Made by a program: the position numbers and the translations under genes
NCBI GenBank assembly: GCA_051294375.1
Contig: CM119263.1
Location: 7,208,494-7,272,493, forward strand
Direction of reading: 5' to 3'
From: Paraspadella gotoi
Lineage: Eukaryota > Animalia > Chaetognatha
DNA: 64,000 bases
Notes under the pieces: generated by a model
The model's input: the letters and a program-made list of their open reading frames with translations, nothing else
What the model was told of the DNA's origin: nothing
The model's database searches: none
Shown here: positions 25,401 through 38,860 of the stretch, in pieces
Layout: every line of letters starts with the position of its first letter
How positions within the stretch are numbered: the first letter of the stretch is position 1

Positions 25401-27362
25401 GTTAAGTTAGTTCTTCTCCCTATTTATTTTTCTGTCGAACTGTAAACATTTTACAACGGCTTACCTATGTTATACTCCTGGCATCCAACTGATACTATTT
25501 GTGTCCCCAGTCTAATAAAGGCGTAAACCACTAAAAGAAAACCTTTAAAAGCGACTAAAAGAAAGATATCCGAGTGGTAATTAATTCTCATTCTTGATCT
25601 CTTCTTCCCTATCTCCTTCTCCTCTTCCCCTTCCCATTCCCCTTCCACCATCTTCTGCCGCGTCTCCTTCTCGCCGAGACGCGACGGTTTCCATGACGAC
25701 CCTCAAAATCCAAACTCAATCAGAAGAATCTTTCGACCTCTCTCCAACCGAAACCAGCTGCCTCCATCTTTTACTCGCTTTCTCTCTCTTTCACACTCTC
25801 TCTCCCTTTATTTTTTTTTCTCAATTTTCCTTTTTTTTTCTTTATATTTTCTTATTCTCCTTCTTATCTCTCTCTTTTCTTTTCTTTCTCCCATTTTTTT
25901 TTCTTTTCAGTTTTTATCTTTACCCCTTCTTTCTTTTCTTCCTTCCCATTCTCTTTACTATCCTTCCCTTTCTTCTTTTTTCTTTTCCTTCCTTTACATT
26001 ATCGGTCTCATTACTTTTTTTCTTACATTCTCATCTCATTTCCTCACTCTCAACTATCCAATAACTCACCACCATTCACAATCCCCTTAACTCCTTAACG
26101 CATCACAAATCCGTTTTCCCACCCTCACCTTTTCTCGCCTTACCCGAACTCGTTTCCATTTTAGTCTTAGATTTTTATGTCGGGAATGAATCATTTCCTT
26201 TTTTCCCCGGGCGTTTGAGCGCCGGGCGACGGAGAGCGGGCTGCTGGGCGTGATCGCTGGGGGGTGTTAGTGATTGTGTGAGTGCGATATGTGGGTGTGA
26301 GATTGTGGGGAAATGTTGGAAGATATATAGCAGTGATCGAAGGGTTGAAGGGTGACGAAAGAGTGATCAAAAAGAGAGCAAGACAGTTGCTTCTAATCGC
26401 TTCTTTTTAAAAATTTAAATCATTTTTAAACAGTTTCTCTGAAATTCAAATTTAGTGAAAAAAATAGAGAGGGAGTGACCGAGAGAGACAGAGAGTGAGT
26501 TGCGATCCCCTATGGACGGATTCCATGAGACGTAAAGAGTCTAGGGGCCGAGAGATCAGGTGGTTCCATCAGGTGGTTCCATCCAGCGGCCGTCGACGGA
26601 GAATGACTCATTTTGATCGATTGAATCGTCCGGCGTCCGAGGGAACAGAGACGTCATCCCCGGCGCGGCGACGCGGCGGCGCGGCGGCGCTGACATAACC
26701 CTGACGTTACTGCGATTCCGATGCCGAGTTCGAAGCGGGAGGGCGGGTAGGGGGGGGAGGAAGGGGGAGGCTGAGCTGATCCGCAGGACGTCGAATTCCG
26801 CCCGAAAAAAAAGTGGGTCAAAGTAGGAAAGTAAATGTGGGCGTGGCTTTTACGCCTTTCTAATCTGACGAGGATTGAAAACCAAGGATCGCTAAAAACT
26901 CGGGGAGGGATCACTGAAGACTTACCCTATGTTTACCAGAGGATCACCGAAAAAAATTCACCAACGAAAGAGGAATCACAATCCTTTCACAAAATCATGA
27001 AGGAAGAACTGAAAAAAAATCACCAAAGAATCAAGATTCACATCGTATATAATAACCGTGAGAAATGTGAGAAGAGAAATGTGAGAAGAGACATAGAATT
27101 TTTCTCAATAACCTTTAACGACTTTTAAACGTTTGTTATAGTTACACTAATCTTTAAATTTCACATTGAAATAATGATTGAATACGGGTTCTAATTAACC
27201 TTTAAACAAAACATCTTTGAACATTTCATTAATGCTTGAATAAGGGTTTATATTAACCTAAAGAACCGGAAAATCTCCCATCGAGAAAAAAAAGTCGTTA
27301 TCCAGTTTGAAAAACAAAAGAGAGAAAAGAAAGGGGAAGAAAGAAAAAGAAAGAAAGAACGA

Positions 27363-27394
<32 letters not shown>

Positions 27395-27395
27395 A

Positions 27396-27427
<32 letters not shown>

Positions 27428-27476
27428 AGAAAGAAAAGAAAAGAAGAAAGAAAAAAGAAAGAAAGAAAGAAAGAAA

Positions 27477-27508
<32 letters not shown>

Positions 27509-27716
27509 GCAGCCGAGCGACCAAAAGCCCTCGGCTTAATTTCAGCCTCCGACAAACATATAAAAAAGCACGAGGAAAAAAATAATAAAAATAAAACATG
27601 AATAAAAAATTATCCCTCGTCTTTGTAGTTACCTCATTAGTCAATGAGGGGGGATGAAAAAAAAAACAAGCGCGCGTAATTCATATGAAGGGAAAAAAAT
27701 TATGCAAATTCACCAA

Positions 27717-27782
<66 letters not shown>

Positions 27783-28172
27783 GTTCAGCACAACTTACCT
27801 TTTCGTCTCTTACAGCAAATCATATAAAGTCAATCACCGAATCGTATCCTGCTTAAATCTTATCATAATTCAGGTTTTTATCATTATAATTATCAAGGCG
27901 ACAAATAATGAGTGTTGCACAGTTGCATGTTACGCGACTGCCCCGGGAAAAATGCTTAATCTTGCAAAATGACCGAGCAGTAAATGGTAAATGTGGCGTA
28001 ATGGCCGCGCGTTAAAAGCTCTTGGTGGCACAATGGCTGCGCGATATATATTCCAGGCTGACCAATAATAATAAACGCTCCATCTCTCCTTCCATCTTTC
28101 GGAGAGGTTTCATTAAGCCTTTATCTTTCATACTTTTAGTTACTGTGACTGAAAGAAAATTTAAATGTGTGT

Positions 28173-28212
<40 letters not shown>

Positions 28213-28789
28213 CGCATATTCTCAAATCTCGACGTCTGGAGAGGAAGCGGCGTCCTCTTTGTGCGCCAACGCGACACCTGGGCAAAAGGCGCGCGCGTCT
28301 TCGATTCTGAGACAGCGGCGGCGGCGGCGGCGGCGACGTCGGCGGCGGTGGCGGTGGCGGCGGCGGTGGCGAACGCAGCGCGCGTGCGTTATAACGAGTA
28401 AACATCTCCGGGCGGGGCCATTCTATTCCGCATAAAGGATACCCCGGGGAATCCGTAGAGTCGGCCGAGCGCCACGACCCCCCCTCACCCGTTTTTGGTT
28501 CACCATCGACCCATTCACAGAAAATTCATGCCTTATCCCCTTTACATTCTTCGTTACTACTTACCCGACGCACTCACCCATTCTGGCCCCATCCTCCATG
28601 CTCCCTACCTCGATTTTCTTTGGCGAGGAATCAAGACTTTTTTTNNNNNNNNNNNNNNNNNNNNNNNNNTTTCTCTCTCTCTCTTCTCGCTGTGGCAGCG
28701 TGGGACAGATAGGAAAGAGAGGGGGGAAATAGAGAGGAGGAGAGAAAGATAAGGAGAGAAGGGATTTATGAAAAGGAAAGAAGAATGGG

Positions 28790-30780
28790 GAAGGAGAAGA
28801 AGGAAAGAAAGAGGATGGAGAAGGAAGTAGAGAAGATTGAAAAGAGGTTGATTTTAAAGTGAAGGGAGTTAAAAATAAAGTTATTCGAGTAATGCATATA
28901 TAATATTACAATTAGTCTATAGTAATGGTATAGCATAATACGGGAAAAACAACAGGGGGAAAAAACTTGAAAAAGAACGATTTAGATATTAAAGCTATGG
29001 CTTTTTGGTCTCAGCGATGTCTCAACGCTGTTTAAAAAATAAATAATATGAATTCAATAGAAAGTAGTTAAAATATAATGTATAAAGAGACAATATTCCG
29101 AGTTAGTAAGAGAAAACCTTCTGGTTCGTGGTTTGCTCGGTTTACTCTTCCAAGTTCCGTGGACGCTTTCCCTAGAACGTGCCGCGAACCTCCATATCCT
29201 TCCTCCAATTTGGAGTCCCACTTTCCTTCTTCTATTTCCCTTCCTATTTTCGTTCTCTCTTTCCCATCCTCCTTCCTTTCCTCTCTTATCGTCCCGCCAA
29301 TAAACACCTCCACGATAATTTAGCTCCTCAAATCCTGGAATCTAGTGACTTGTTGAAAGGGAGAACTTCGAAAATCCCAATGTCACTGTTGAAAGCTAAA
29401 ATTAAAGGACAAAGTTTTAAACTAATTAAGTTACAAACTTCGTAAGTTATATGTAACGAATAAAACCTTATTACTTAATCCGAAATGTTTTTTATTCATT
29501 TGAATATCCTTATTTTATTAATAAGTCTCTTCGTCAGTTAATGATAATTGTAAAAATATTCATTACATAACATATTATTTGTTTATTCGATTTTTAAAAG
29601 CCGACAAAGCTTTGATATCCCGCTTAAGCAACAGCCGTGCCTGCAGGTTTTTGTTACACCTGGTTGCCAAAAAAAAAATATTGCTGGGGAAGGAGAAGAA
29701 GGAAAGGAAAGAAGGATGGAGAAGAAGGAGAAGATGAAAAGAGGTTGATTTTAAAGTGAAGGGAGTTAAAAATAAAGTTATTCGAGTAATAATATTATAA
29801 TATTACAATTAGTCGTATAGTAAGGTATAGTCATAATACGGGAAAAAAACAGGGGGAAAAAAACTTGAAAAATGAACGTTTAGATTATTAAAGCCTATGG
29901 CTTTTTGGTCGTCAGCGAGTCTCAACGCTTTAAAAAATATAATAATATGAATTCAATAAGAAAAGTAGTTAAAAGATAATGTATAAAGAGACAATAATTC
30001 CGANNNNNNNNNNNNNNNNNNNNNNNNNNNNTTGAAAAATGAACGTTTAGATTATTAAAGCCTATGGCTTTGTGGTCGTCAGCGAGTCTCAACGCTTAAA
30101 ACAATATAATAATATGAATTCAATAAGAAAAGTAGTTAGAATATAATGTATAAAGAGACAATAATTCCGAATTCAGTAAAGAAAAACCTTCTGGTCGTGG
30201 TTTGCCTCGGTTTACTCTTCCAATTCCCTCGACGCTTCCCCTCGCAACGTGCCGCGAACCTTCCATCNNNNNNNNNNNNNNNNNNNNNNNNNNNNNNNNN
30301 NNNNNNNNNNNNNNNNNNNNNNNNNNNNNNNNNNNNNNNNNNNNNNNNNNNNNNNNNNNNNNNNNNNNNNNNNNNNNNNNNNNNNNNNTCTTATCGTCCC
30401 GCCAATAAACACCTCCACGATAAATTTAGCTCCTCAAATCTGGATCTAGTGACTGTTGAAAGGGAGAACTTTCGAAAATCCCAATGTCACTGTTGAAAGT
30501 AAAATTAAAGGACAAGTTTAAACTAATTAAGTTACAAACTCGTAAGTTATATTGTAACGAATGAAAACCCTATTACTGAATCAGAAATGTTTTTTTTTAT
30601 TTTGAATATCCTTATTTTATTAATAAGTTCTTCGTCAGTTTAATGATAATTGTAAAAATATTCATTACATAACTATTTTTTTTTTTAGATTTTAGAAAGT
30701 CGACTAAGCTTGATATCCCGCTAAGCAACAGCCGTGCCTGAGGTTTTTGTTACACCTGGTTGCCAAAAAAAAATATTGCT
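28790..30780 (+). repeat. Nested re-duplication of a ~0.9-kb segment (28790-29685; partial copy 29686-30003; 30032-30780; also ~39985-40930)
   Basis: GATTTTAAAGTGAAGGGAGTTAAAAATAAAGTTATTCGAG, TCTTATCGTCCCGCCAATAAACACCTCCACGA and other anchors recur around small N-gaps. Confidence 0.9.
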
Positions 30781-30908
30781 CCATTTACTGTTACACCCCG
30801 GTGTGCGAAACGCCGTTTTCCACCTTCGTTCACGACCGCCAGGGAATTCGGTCTCAATCTCAGAAAAAAAAAGTATATTTTTGTTGGGCAGAGATCCCAA
30901 ACGCGACG

Positions 30909-30985
30909 GCTGCTGCGGGCCTGGCGCTGCGGGTCGGGCGCTGCGGGCCAGGCGCTGCCCGGCTGGCGATGCCGTACTGGGGCAC
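30909..30985 (+). repeat. GC-rich ~14-bp minisatellite (GGCGCTGCGGGCC-like, about 5 units)
   Basis: GGCTGCTGCGGGCCT GGCGCTGCGGGTCG GGCGCTGCGGGCCA GGCGCTGCCCGGCT GGCGATGCC. Also present at about 41062-41140. Confidence 0.75.
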
Positions 30986-33900
30986 TCCTTTATTTATATT
31001 TTCTCTCTCAACAAAAAAAGAGGAAAAGTTTAAAGACGCGGCGCCATTGGAAAATTAAATATTTATTGCTTATTTTACTAATTGCTATATACATTCAATA
31101 CAAATATATTTCAACCAACGGGTAAAGATTTAAAGGAAAAATTTTAAATTTTTTTAGGCAAACAAAGTAAAATCTGATTTTTTGACTCTCTGACCATTTT
31201 ACAATAATTTATAAATTTTATAGATAAATAACAATCTAAAGTGATGTGTCACCGCATCTTGTAAATAAATTTTCCCTATTTTCTTTCTCCNNNNNNNNNN
31301 NNNNNNNNNNNNNNNAAAAAAAAAGAAAAAAAAAGGAAAAAAAAAAAGAAAAAAAAAACAAAAAGGAAAAAAAGGGAAGAAAAAAAAAGAAAAAAAAAAA
31401 AGAAAGAAAAGAATGAAGAAAAGAAAATTTAAAAAAAAATGAGGGAAAATTATAAAAATTATAAAAATATAAAGAAAGATATAATATAAATAAACACAGA
31501 AAGAAATAAAGAACTTCAAAAACTCTTTAAAGATTTTTGTTGCGAAAAATGCAGAGTTCAAAAAGCTAATCCAGCCAAAAAAACCGTTTGTTCAAGTGTA
31601 AGACTGACAAAGAAATAAGCATTTTCTGCTTTCCGACTGGACACGACACGACCGACGACGACGACACGATAGCATGCATCATGATTTGATGAACGGATGA
31701 TGATGCATGATTGATTAGGATGAATCGGATGATGATGATGATTGATAACCATCACCGAAGAAAGACAACAGAATGACGGATACTAGATGGCGACCCTTTA
31801 TCAAGTTAGTAGTAGTAGTCCAGTAGTCTAGTAAGTTAGTCAGTAGTAGTAGTTAGTAGTAGTAAGTGTAATTAGTAAGTAGTAGTTAGGGTTTTAGTAG
31901 TGATAGTAGTTAGGTAGTAGTATAGTAGTAGTAGTAATATAGTATTGTAGTAATTAACATAGTATTACTAGGGGAATTTTTAAAAAAAATTATCTTATCG
32001 AGCTAAGATTGCTCTGAGGCTTTGCGCTCGAAAGATTCGCCGAGAAGCTCGAGAGACAATCCTAGAAATGAAAGAGAGAAAGCGATGGGCCATATCAACG
32101 TTCAATAATTTTGCAGAAGTTTTGAGCAATGGATATTTTCTTAATTAAAAAACTAATTGACGTAATTGAATTTTATATAAAAACCAAAGTTTTAGGTATT
32201 TTCATTATGGAAAGTTATTTAGGCTATTTATTAGAAGTTCCAAACTCAAACAAATGTATATACTTATTTAATTCAAATAGTTAAAACATATTTGATTAAG
32301 TTTCATTCAATCAGGTAAGTCAAATTTATTAATAAAGACTTAACCCGACCGACGAAAAGTGAGATCAGCGCCAGTGCGACGAAAAGACCCAAAACGCTTT
32401 CTCTTTTCTCTTATTCGTTGGTCAGCGATCGGAGTGGCCCCTCCAAGACCGAGCCTTAACAGCTTTGCTCTTTAACAGGGGAAAGGCCGGTGAAAGGAAA
32501 AAAGAGACAGTAATAAAATTTACGCAGAGAGAGAAGAGAGAGGAGAGAAGAGACGAGAGAGTGCGAAGCGAGAAGAGAGGAGATGAGAGAGAGAGAGGTA
32601 AGAGAAGAGAGGAGAGAGAGAGAGAGACGAGCAGAGAGACGAGACCGAGAATTTCTCTGTCGTTCCAAACTAAAAAATACGTAGAGTTAGTTTATTTTTG
32701 TAATCTTGCCGGTAATATTTATATATTTTAGAATTTATTAACTAATATTCAAACTTACATACTTCCTAGATAAAAATTGTCGCCTTCTTTAAAAATTAAT
32801 TAAACTAAAACAATAAACAACTCGAACATACATGGCCGAAGTTTCACTTCGCTTTCCTACCTAATTTCCTCTCACTTTTTTTCTTCCTTTTTTTTTTTTC
32901 TCTTCCTTTCACTTCCCTTGTTTTTTCCTTCTCGTCGACATTTCCCTTTTCCCCCTTTGTGGCTGCTTTTGTTGGTCTCTCCGCCCCGAGAATTCCTCGC
33001 GAATATTTCCCCCGGCGATCTTCGGAGCGCTAACAAATTGCCGGCGCTCTTAATCACCTGCTTTGACGACGGACGACGACGACGACACCCAAAACAACGA
33101 CGACGGCGTTTTCCCGCTCTAAACATTAAGGTCGCGCCGTCGGGTCTTCTTCCTCACCACTTGTTTTAAACCTTCACCCTCTTAATCTTTTACTGACCTT
33201 ACATTTTTTTTTTTTATTCCTTTCCACTTTTTTTTTCCTTAAACAATATTCTTTGCGCCAGTCTTTTTATTTTGTTCCAACCTTGCATCTCAAGCAATTC
33301 CACCTCCAGCTTAAACAAAACTTACCAGAAACAGACCCGCAAATCACTCAACGACTTTCAATCTTTCACGCTTTTAAAAACTCAGATATTTTCTCGGCGA
33401 AAAATTTTTAACCTCCTCGCAAAAATTAAACTACATTAAAACAATGCGGCCCTAACCTTAGTGTTAATAATCTTTTTTTAGCCGGGTTTTAAAATTTGAA
33501 TTAAATAGTTACGTAAACGAAAATATAGTAGAATTTCATCACTGTCCAGTGTCCAGTTTGTCCATTATCCCCGCATTTCGCCATCGACCAACCACGTTAA
33601 ACAACCAAAACGCAAAACGTTAATAATAACCTACTAGAGTCGTATCGACGCAAATCCGAAAAAAAAGGCAAATTTTGCTTTCAAAGCTTTTTCCTCAAGC
33701 TTTATAAATAGAAAATTATTGCCAGTTCTCCTCTCCCCCCCCCCCAGCTTTATATAAAATGAATAAAACAACCCGGTTACTTTTTTAGGCCCGGAAAAAG
33801 TTGCCGAGCTTCTTAATGGGTTTTAAATCCCGAAACCTATTTTTGTGAAAATTTCTTCACAAATGAAAACTATTTGAAAAAATTAAAAGCTACAATCTCT

Positions 33901-36900
33901 TTTTTTTCCTTTTCTAACCATTTTGTGCTAATATTGATCGGGTGCCAAAAGAGAAAACACTTGCAGCAATAATAGTTGCTTGTGTTATAGTTGTTTTTTC
34001 TATTGCGAGCATTTTTTTTTTTTTCAGTCCTAATTGAAGCCCTGATCCAAATAATAAAAGATCAAGAATTTATTTTGGATTACAAGAAAGGCCATGTTAT
34101 TTGATAAAGGCTTTCAATAACAAAATTTTTCGTTTCTTTTTCGTCTTCCCACTTTTCTCGCACGCCCTCTTTTCCTTCCTCTACATTTCTCCTTTTCTAT
34201 TCGCATTTCAACTTTTGGCTTAACACCTGTATTCCTTCCCGTAATCCGCGGCTGTTCGCTCGACTCCCCTCAGTGACGATTCCCTTCACTCTTCCTACTC
34301 AAAATATTTTATATTTTAAAACTCATCTGAAAAAAACGTTCTTCCGCGAGATTGACAAGATGAGAACATTTTTTGGCTGGGGATCCCTTCACTCGTCGGC
34401 TACAGTTTTCTTCTCGCAGGCCGTTTTCTTTCTCTGGAAAAAGATAGATAAGGGTGGGGGCGTGGGTCGGCTTTTTTTTTGATGCATGAGTCGGAAATCG
34501 AGTTTAAATATTTATTATATTTTCTTGGTCGGAATCTCTCCTCTCTCTCCTCGGTGGTTCCGACGGGGCGTTCTTGCCAACAACCGAAGAGACAAAAATT
34601 GTTCGAGGGGGGAGAAACTGAGAACGTTCCGAATTGGAAGAGAAGACGGCAAGCTGACGACACAGAAAAAAACAAGCGACAACGAGAGCAGGAAATAAGA
34701 TAAATATATTCGATATTAAAAAATAATGCAATGTAATGTATGTACTTCACACTGACACACTGACACTTTTGAGGCAAATCTGACCGAGAAGGTTTTGTGG
34801 GCCTTTCACTTTTAGGATTTATTATAAATTGGTACAACCCAATATAACCAATATAACCAATATAATATAATTTTTAGAGATTTCTATATCTTGTATGATA
34901 TGATACTAATTTAATATTCTAATTATTTATATATTTTAGAGTGGATTTTATATTCTTTTTGAACGTTATTTCAGAAACCCTAACGTTTTTTTCGCCGAAA
35001 TTGTTTCTCTTTACGTGAATCGCATTTATGCGATATAAATTGTAACAACCTTATGTATCGGTTATAATTGAAATGTTAAGAAACCTTTTTTTTTTCTTCA
35101 CGGACACAATTAAAAATTAATGATTGTGTCATTGCCAAAAAACTGCCAATTCGGATTTAATTTAAAAAATTGGAATTATTTATGTATTGTACTGTAGCAG
35201 GTCGGCACCGATGGCGACGGGGTTTCATCAGGAGTTTCCGCGCCCTGCTGATTCACACAAGAAAGGGGCGACGAGGCACTCATAACCCAACGTGTAGTGG
35301 CGGACTACAGCTCGCCCTCTGAAGTTCGGGACCTTGTGGTGAACGGACGGTAAACTGTTCTGCGGCATCGTTCTTATTCCACAAGTATGAGTAATTTATT
35401 GGTAATTTCCGACGAAGAGACGAAAGCACGTACATTTCAGCAGCATGATGCGCACTGTTCCCACATTTAGAATTTACGCGCACCACAAAAAAAAAGAGCT
35501 TTTTTTCTATTCCTTAGTTTGCTCTCAGAGCTTCGCGACGAAAAATCCTCCGAGGTCAGATGACCAGAAAGACTTTTTAGTTTGCGCCGCGAGTACTCGG
35601 GGAGCAAACTCTCTAGTCACTTTTTGGATCGGTCGTCCGTCGGGTACGTCCACGGTCTGTCCGCACTTGTCGTTAAAAGATACATTATTAATTTGCCTTT
35701 GTAGTGGGTTGCTCACTTGTTAAGACAGACCAAAACCTTCAATTCTGAAGGGGACCTGCTAGTGCCGCCTTCAGGAATTCCTAGAACTATAAGAGAAATA
35801 ACAAAGACAGATTTGATGCAGTGCTTTGTCATAAATACACGGGCGAATAAAGGTTGTTTAGTCATTTCCATGTCATGTCATTGTAATGTGGATATAATGA
35901 TTGATTCAAAGGAAATATTAAATACGCGTGAAAATAAAGTCAACTGGCGCGCCCGCACACACATTGGAATAATCGTTCCTTGTTTTTTTCCTCTGACACA
36001 GCGACTTTAAACTCCAATCATCTTATTTTCGTCTTGATTTTTCTTCGCCTTTCATCTCGTTAAAAACCTTGACCGTCAGACTACTTGACTTTCCAATGTA
36101 AATAAGTTTCTCACTTCTTCATAGAATATTTTTTTTTTTGGATAAGATTTCTTTTTTTTTTGTTTAAGTTAGTTCTTCATTCCTAATTTATTTTCTCACG
36201 CACTGTAAACATTTACAACGGCCCCTTTACTTATGTTTATACTTCCTGGCATCCAAACTGATACCTATTTTGTGTCCCAGTTCTAATAAAGCGCAAACCA
36301 CTAAAAGAAAACCTTTAAAAGCGACTAAAAGAAAAGATATCCGAGAGTGGTAAATTAATTCTCATTCTTGAATCTCTTCTGAGTGGTAATTAATTCTCAT
36401 CCTTGATCTCTTCTTCCCTCTTCTCCTTCTCCTCTTCCCTTCCATATTCTCCCCTTCCACCGTAATCTTCTGCCGCGTCTCTTCTCGCGATACGCGACGG
36501 TCTTCCCTGAGCGACCCCTCAAAATCCCCCAAACTCAATCAGAAGAAATCTTTCGACCTCTCAAATCCAACCGAAACCAGCTGCCTCCTTCTTTTTACTC
36601 GCTTGTCTCTCCTCTTTTCACACTCTCTCTCCCCTTTATTTTTTTTCTCAATTTTCCTTTTTTTTTCTTTATTTTTTTATTCTCGCTTCTTATCTCTCTC
36701 TTTTCTTTTTCTTTCCCCATTTTTTTTTATTTTCATTTTTATCTTGTACCCCTTCTTTCTTTTCTCCTCCCTTCTCTTTACCTATTTCCTTCCCTTTCTT
36801 TTTTTCTTTCCTTCCTTTACATTTATCTGTCTCATTTTACTTCTTTTCCTCTACATTTTCTCATCTCATTTCCTCACTCTCAATACTATCCAATAACTCA

Positions 36901-38829
36901 CCACCATTCAAATCCCCTATAACTCTTAACTGCTATCACAAAATCCGTTTTCCCACCCTCACTTTTTCTCGCCTTACCCGAACTCGTTTCCATTTAGCGT
37001 CTTAGAATTTATATGTCGGGGAATGAAAAATCATTTCCTTTTTTCCCCGGGCGTTTTGAGCGCGGGCGACGGAGAAAGAGAGGGCTGCTGGGGCGTGATC
37101 GCGGGCAGTGGGGGTGTTAGTGATTGTGTCGAGTGCGATATTGTGGGGATGTGAGATTTGTGAGGGATGTTGGACGATATATATAGCATGTGGATCGAAA
37201 AGGGTTGAGGTTTGGCGAAAGAGTTGATCGAAAAGAGAGCAAGACAGTTGTGCTTCTAATCGCTTTTTTTCAAAAAATTCAAAATCATTTTTAAACAGTT
37301 TTCTTTTCTGAAATCAAAATTGTGAAAAAAAAAATAAGAGACGGGACGTGAGTGCCGAGAGAGACAGAGAGAGTTGCGATCCCCTATGGACGGATTCCAT
37401 GAGACTGTTAAAGGAGTCTCGGGGCCGAGAGATTCAGGGTCGGTTCCATTCAAGTGGTTCCATCCAGCTGCTCGTCGACGGAGAATGACTCATTTTGATC
37501 GTTGCTAATCGTCCGAGCGTTCCCGAAGGGGAACAGAGACGTCATCATCCCCGGCCGCGGCCGACGCGGCGTGCCGCGGCTGCGGCGCTGACATAACCCG
37601 ACGTGTTACTGCCGATTCCGATGCCCGAGTTCGAAGCGGGGAGAGGGCAGGTAGGGGGGGCGGGAGAAGGGAGGCTAGCCTGAATCCGCAGGGACGTGAA
37701 TTCCGCCAAAAAAAAGTGGCGGGTTCAATAGTAGGGAAATAAATGTGGGCGTTTGGCTTTTTACGCCCTTTCTAATCTGACGAGGATTTGAAAACCAAGG
37801 ATCGCTAAAAACTCCGCGGGGGGAGGGAGGGGGGGGAAAATTTTCCAAACTTTGACAAAAGAAGACTTACCGCTGATCGTCTTACCAGGAGACTCACCGA
37901 AAATAAAATCACCAACCCCCGAAAAAAGGGGAATCACAGATCCATTCACAAAATCTATGAAGAAGAGAACTGAAAAAAAAAATCACCAAAGAATCAAGAT
38001 TCCAAACATTCTCGTAATATTAATAACCGCTGAAGAAATTGTGAGAAGAGAAATGTGGAGAGGAGGACATAGCATTTTTCTCCAACAATAAAACCTTTTT
38101 ACGACTTTTAAAATTTATTTTTTTTTTCTTTAAACTTTTGTATATAGTTTACACTGAATCTATCTTAAATTCACATTGAAATTTTAATGATTGAATACGG
38201 GGTTTCTAATTAACCTTATAAACAAAACATCTGACTGTTGAACATTTCATTAATGTTGGAAAATAAGGGTTTAGTATATTAACCACTAAAAACCGGGAAA
38301 ATCTAACCCATCGAGAAAAAAAGTTACGTTATCCATTTTGAAAAACAAAAGAGAGAAAAAGAAAGGGGAAGAAAAGAAAAAGAAAGAAAGAAAAGAAAGA
38401 AAGATAGAGAAGAAAGAAAAAGAAAAAAGAAAGAAAGACAAGAAAGAAAGAAAGAAAGAAAGAAAGAAATAACAAGAACACGAAAGAAAGAAAGAGAAGA
38501 AAGAAAGAAAAAAGAAAAGAAAGAAAGAAAAGAAAGGAAAGACAGACACCGAGCGACCAAAGACGCCCTCGGCTATCTCAGCCGTCCAGCAGAACATATA
38601 AAAAAGCCACGAGGAAAAAACAATAATAAAAATAAAACATGAATAAAAAATTATCCCTCGTGCTTTGTAGTTACCTCATTGACGTCAATGAGGCGATGTA
38701 AAAAAAAAAACAGAGCATGCGCGCTAATCATATGAAGGAAAAAAAATTATGCAAAATTGCGCCAATCTCTTTCTCTTACTCGGCTCTCTCTTCTTCTCTC
38801 TCTCTCGTTCTCTCTCTCATCTCCTCTCG

Positions 38830-38860
<31 letters not shown>

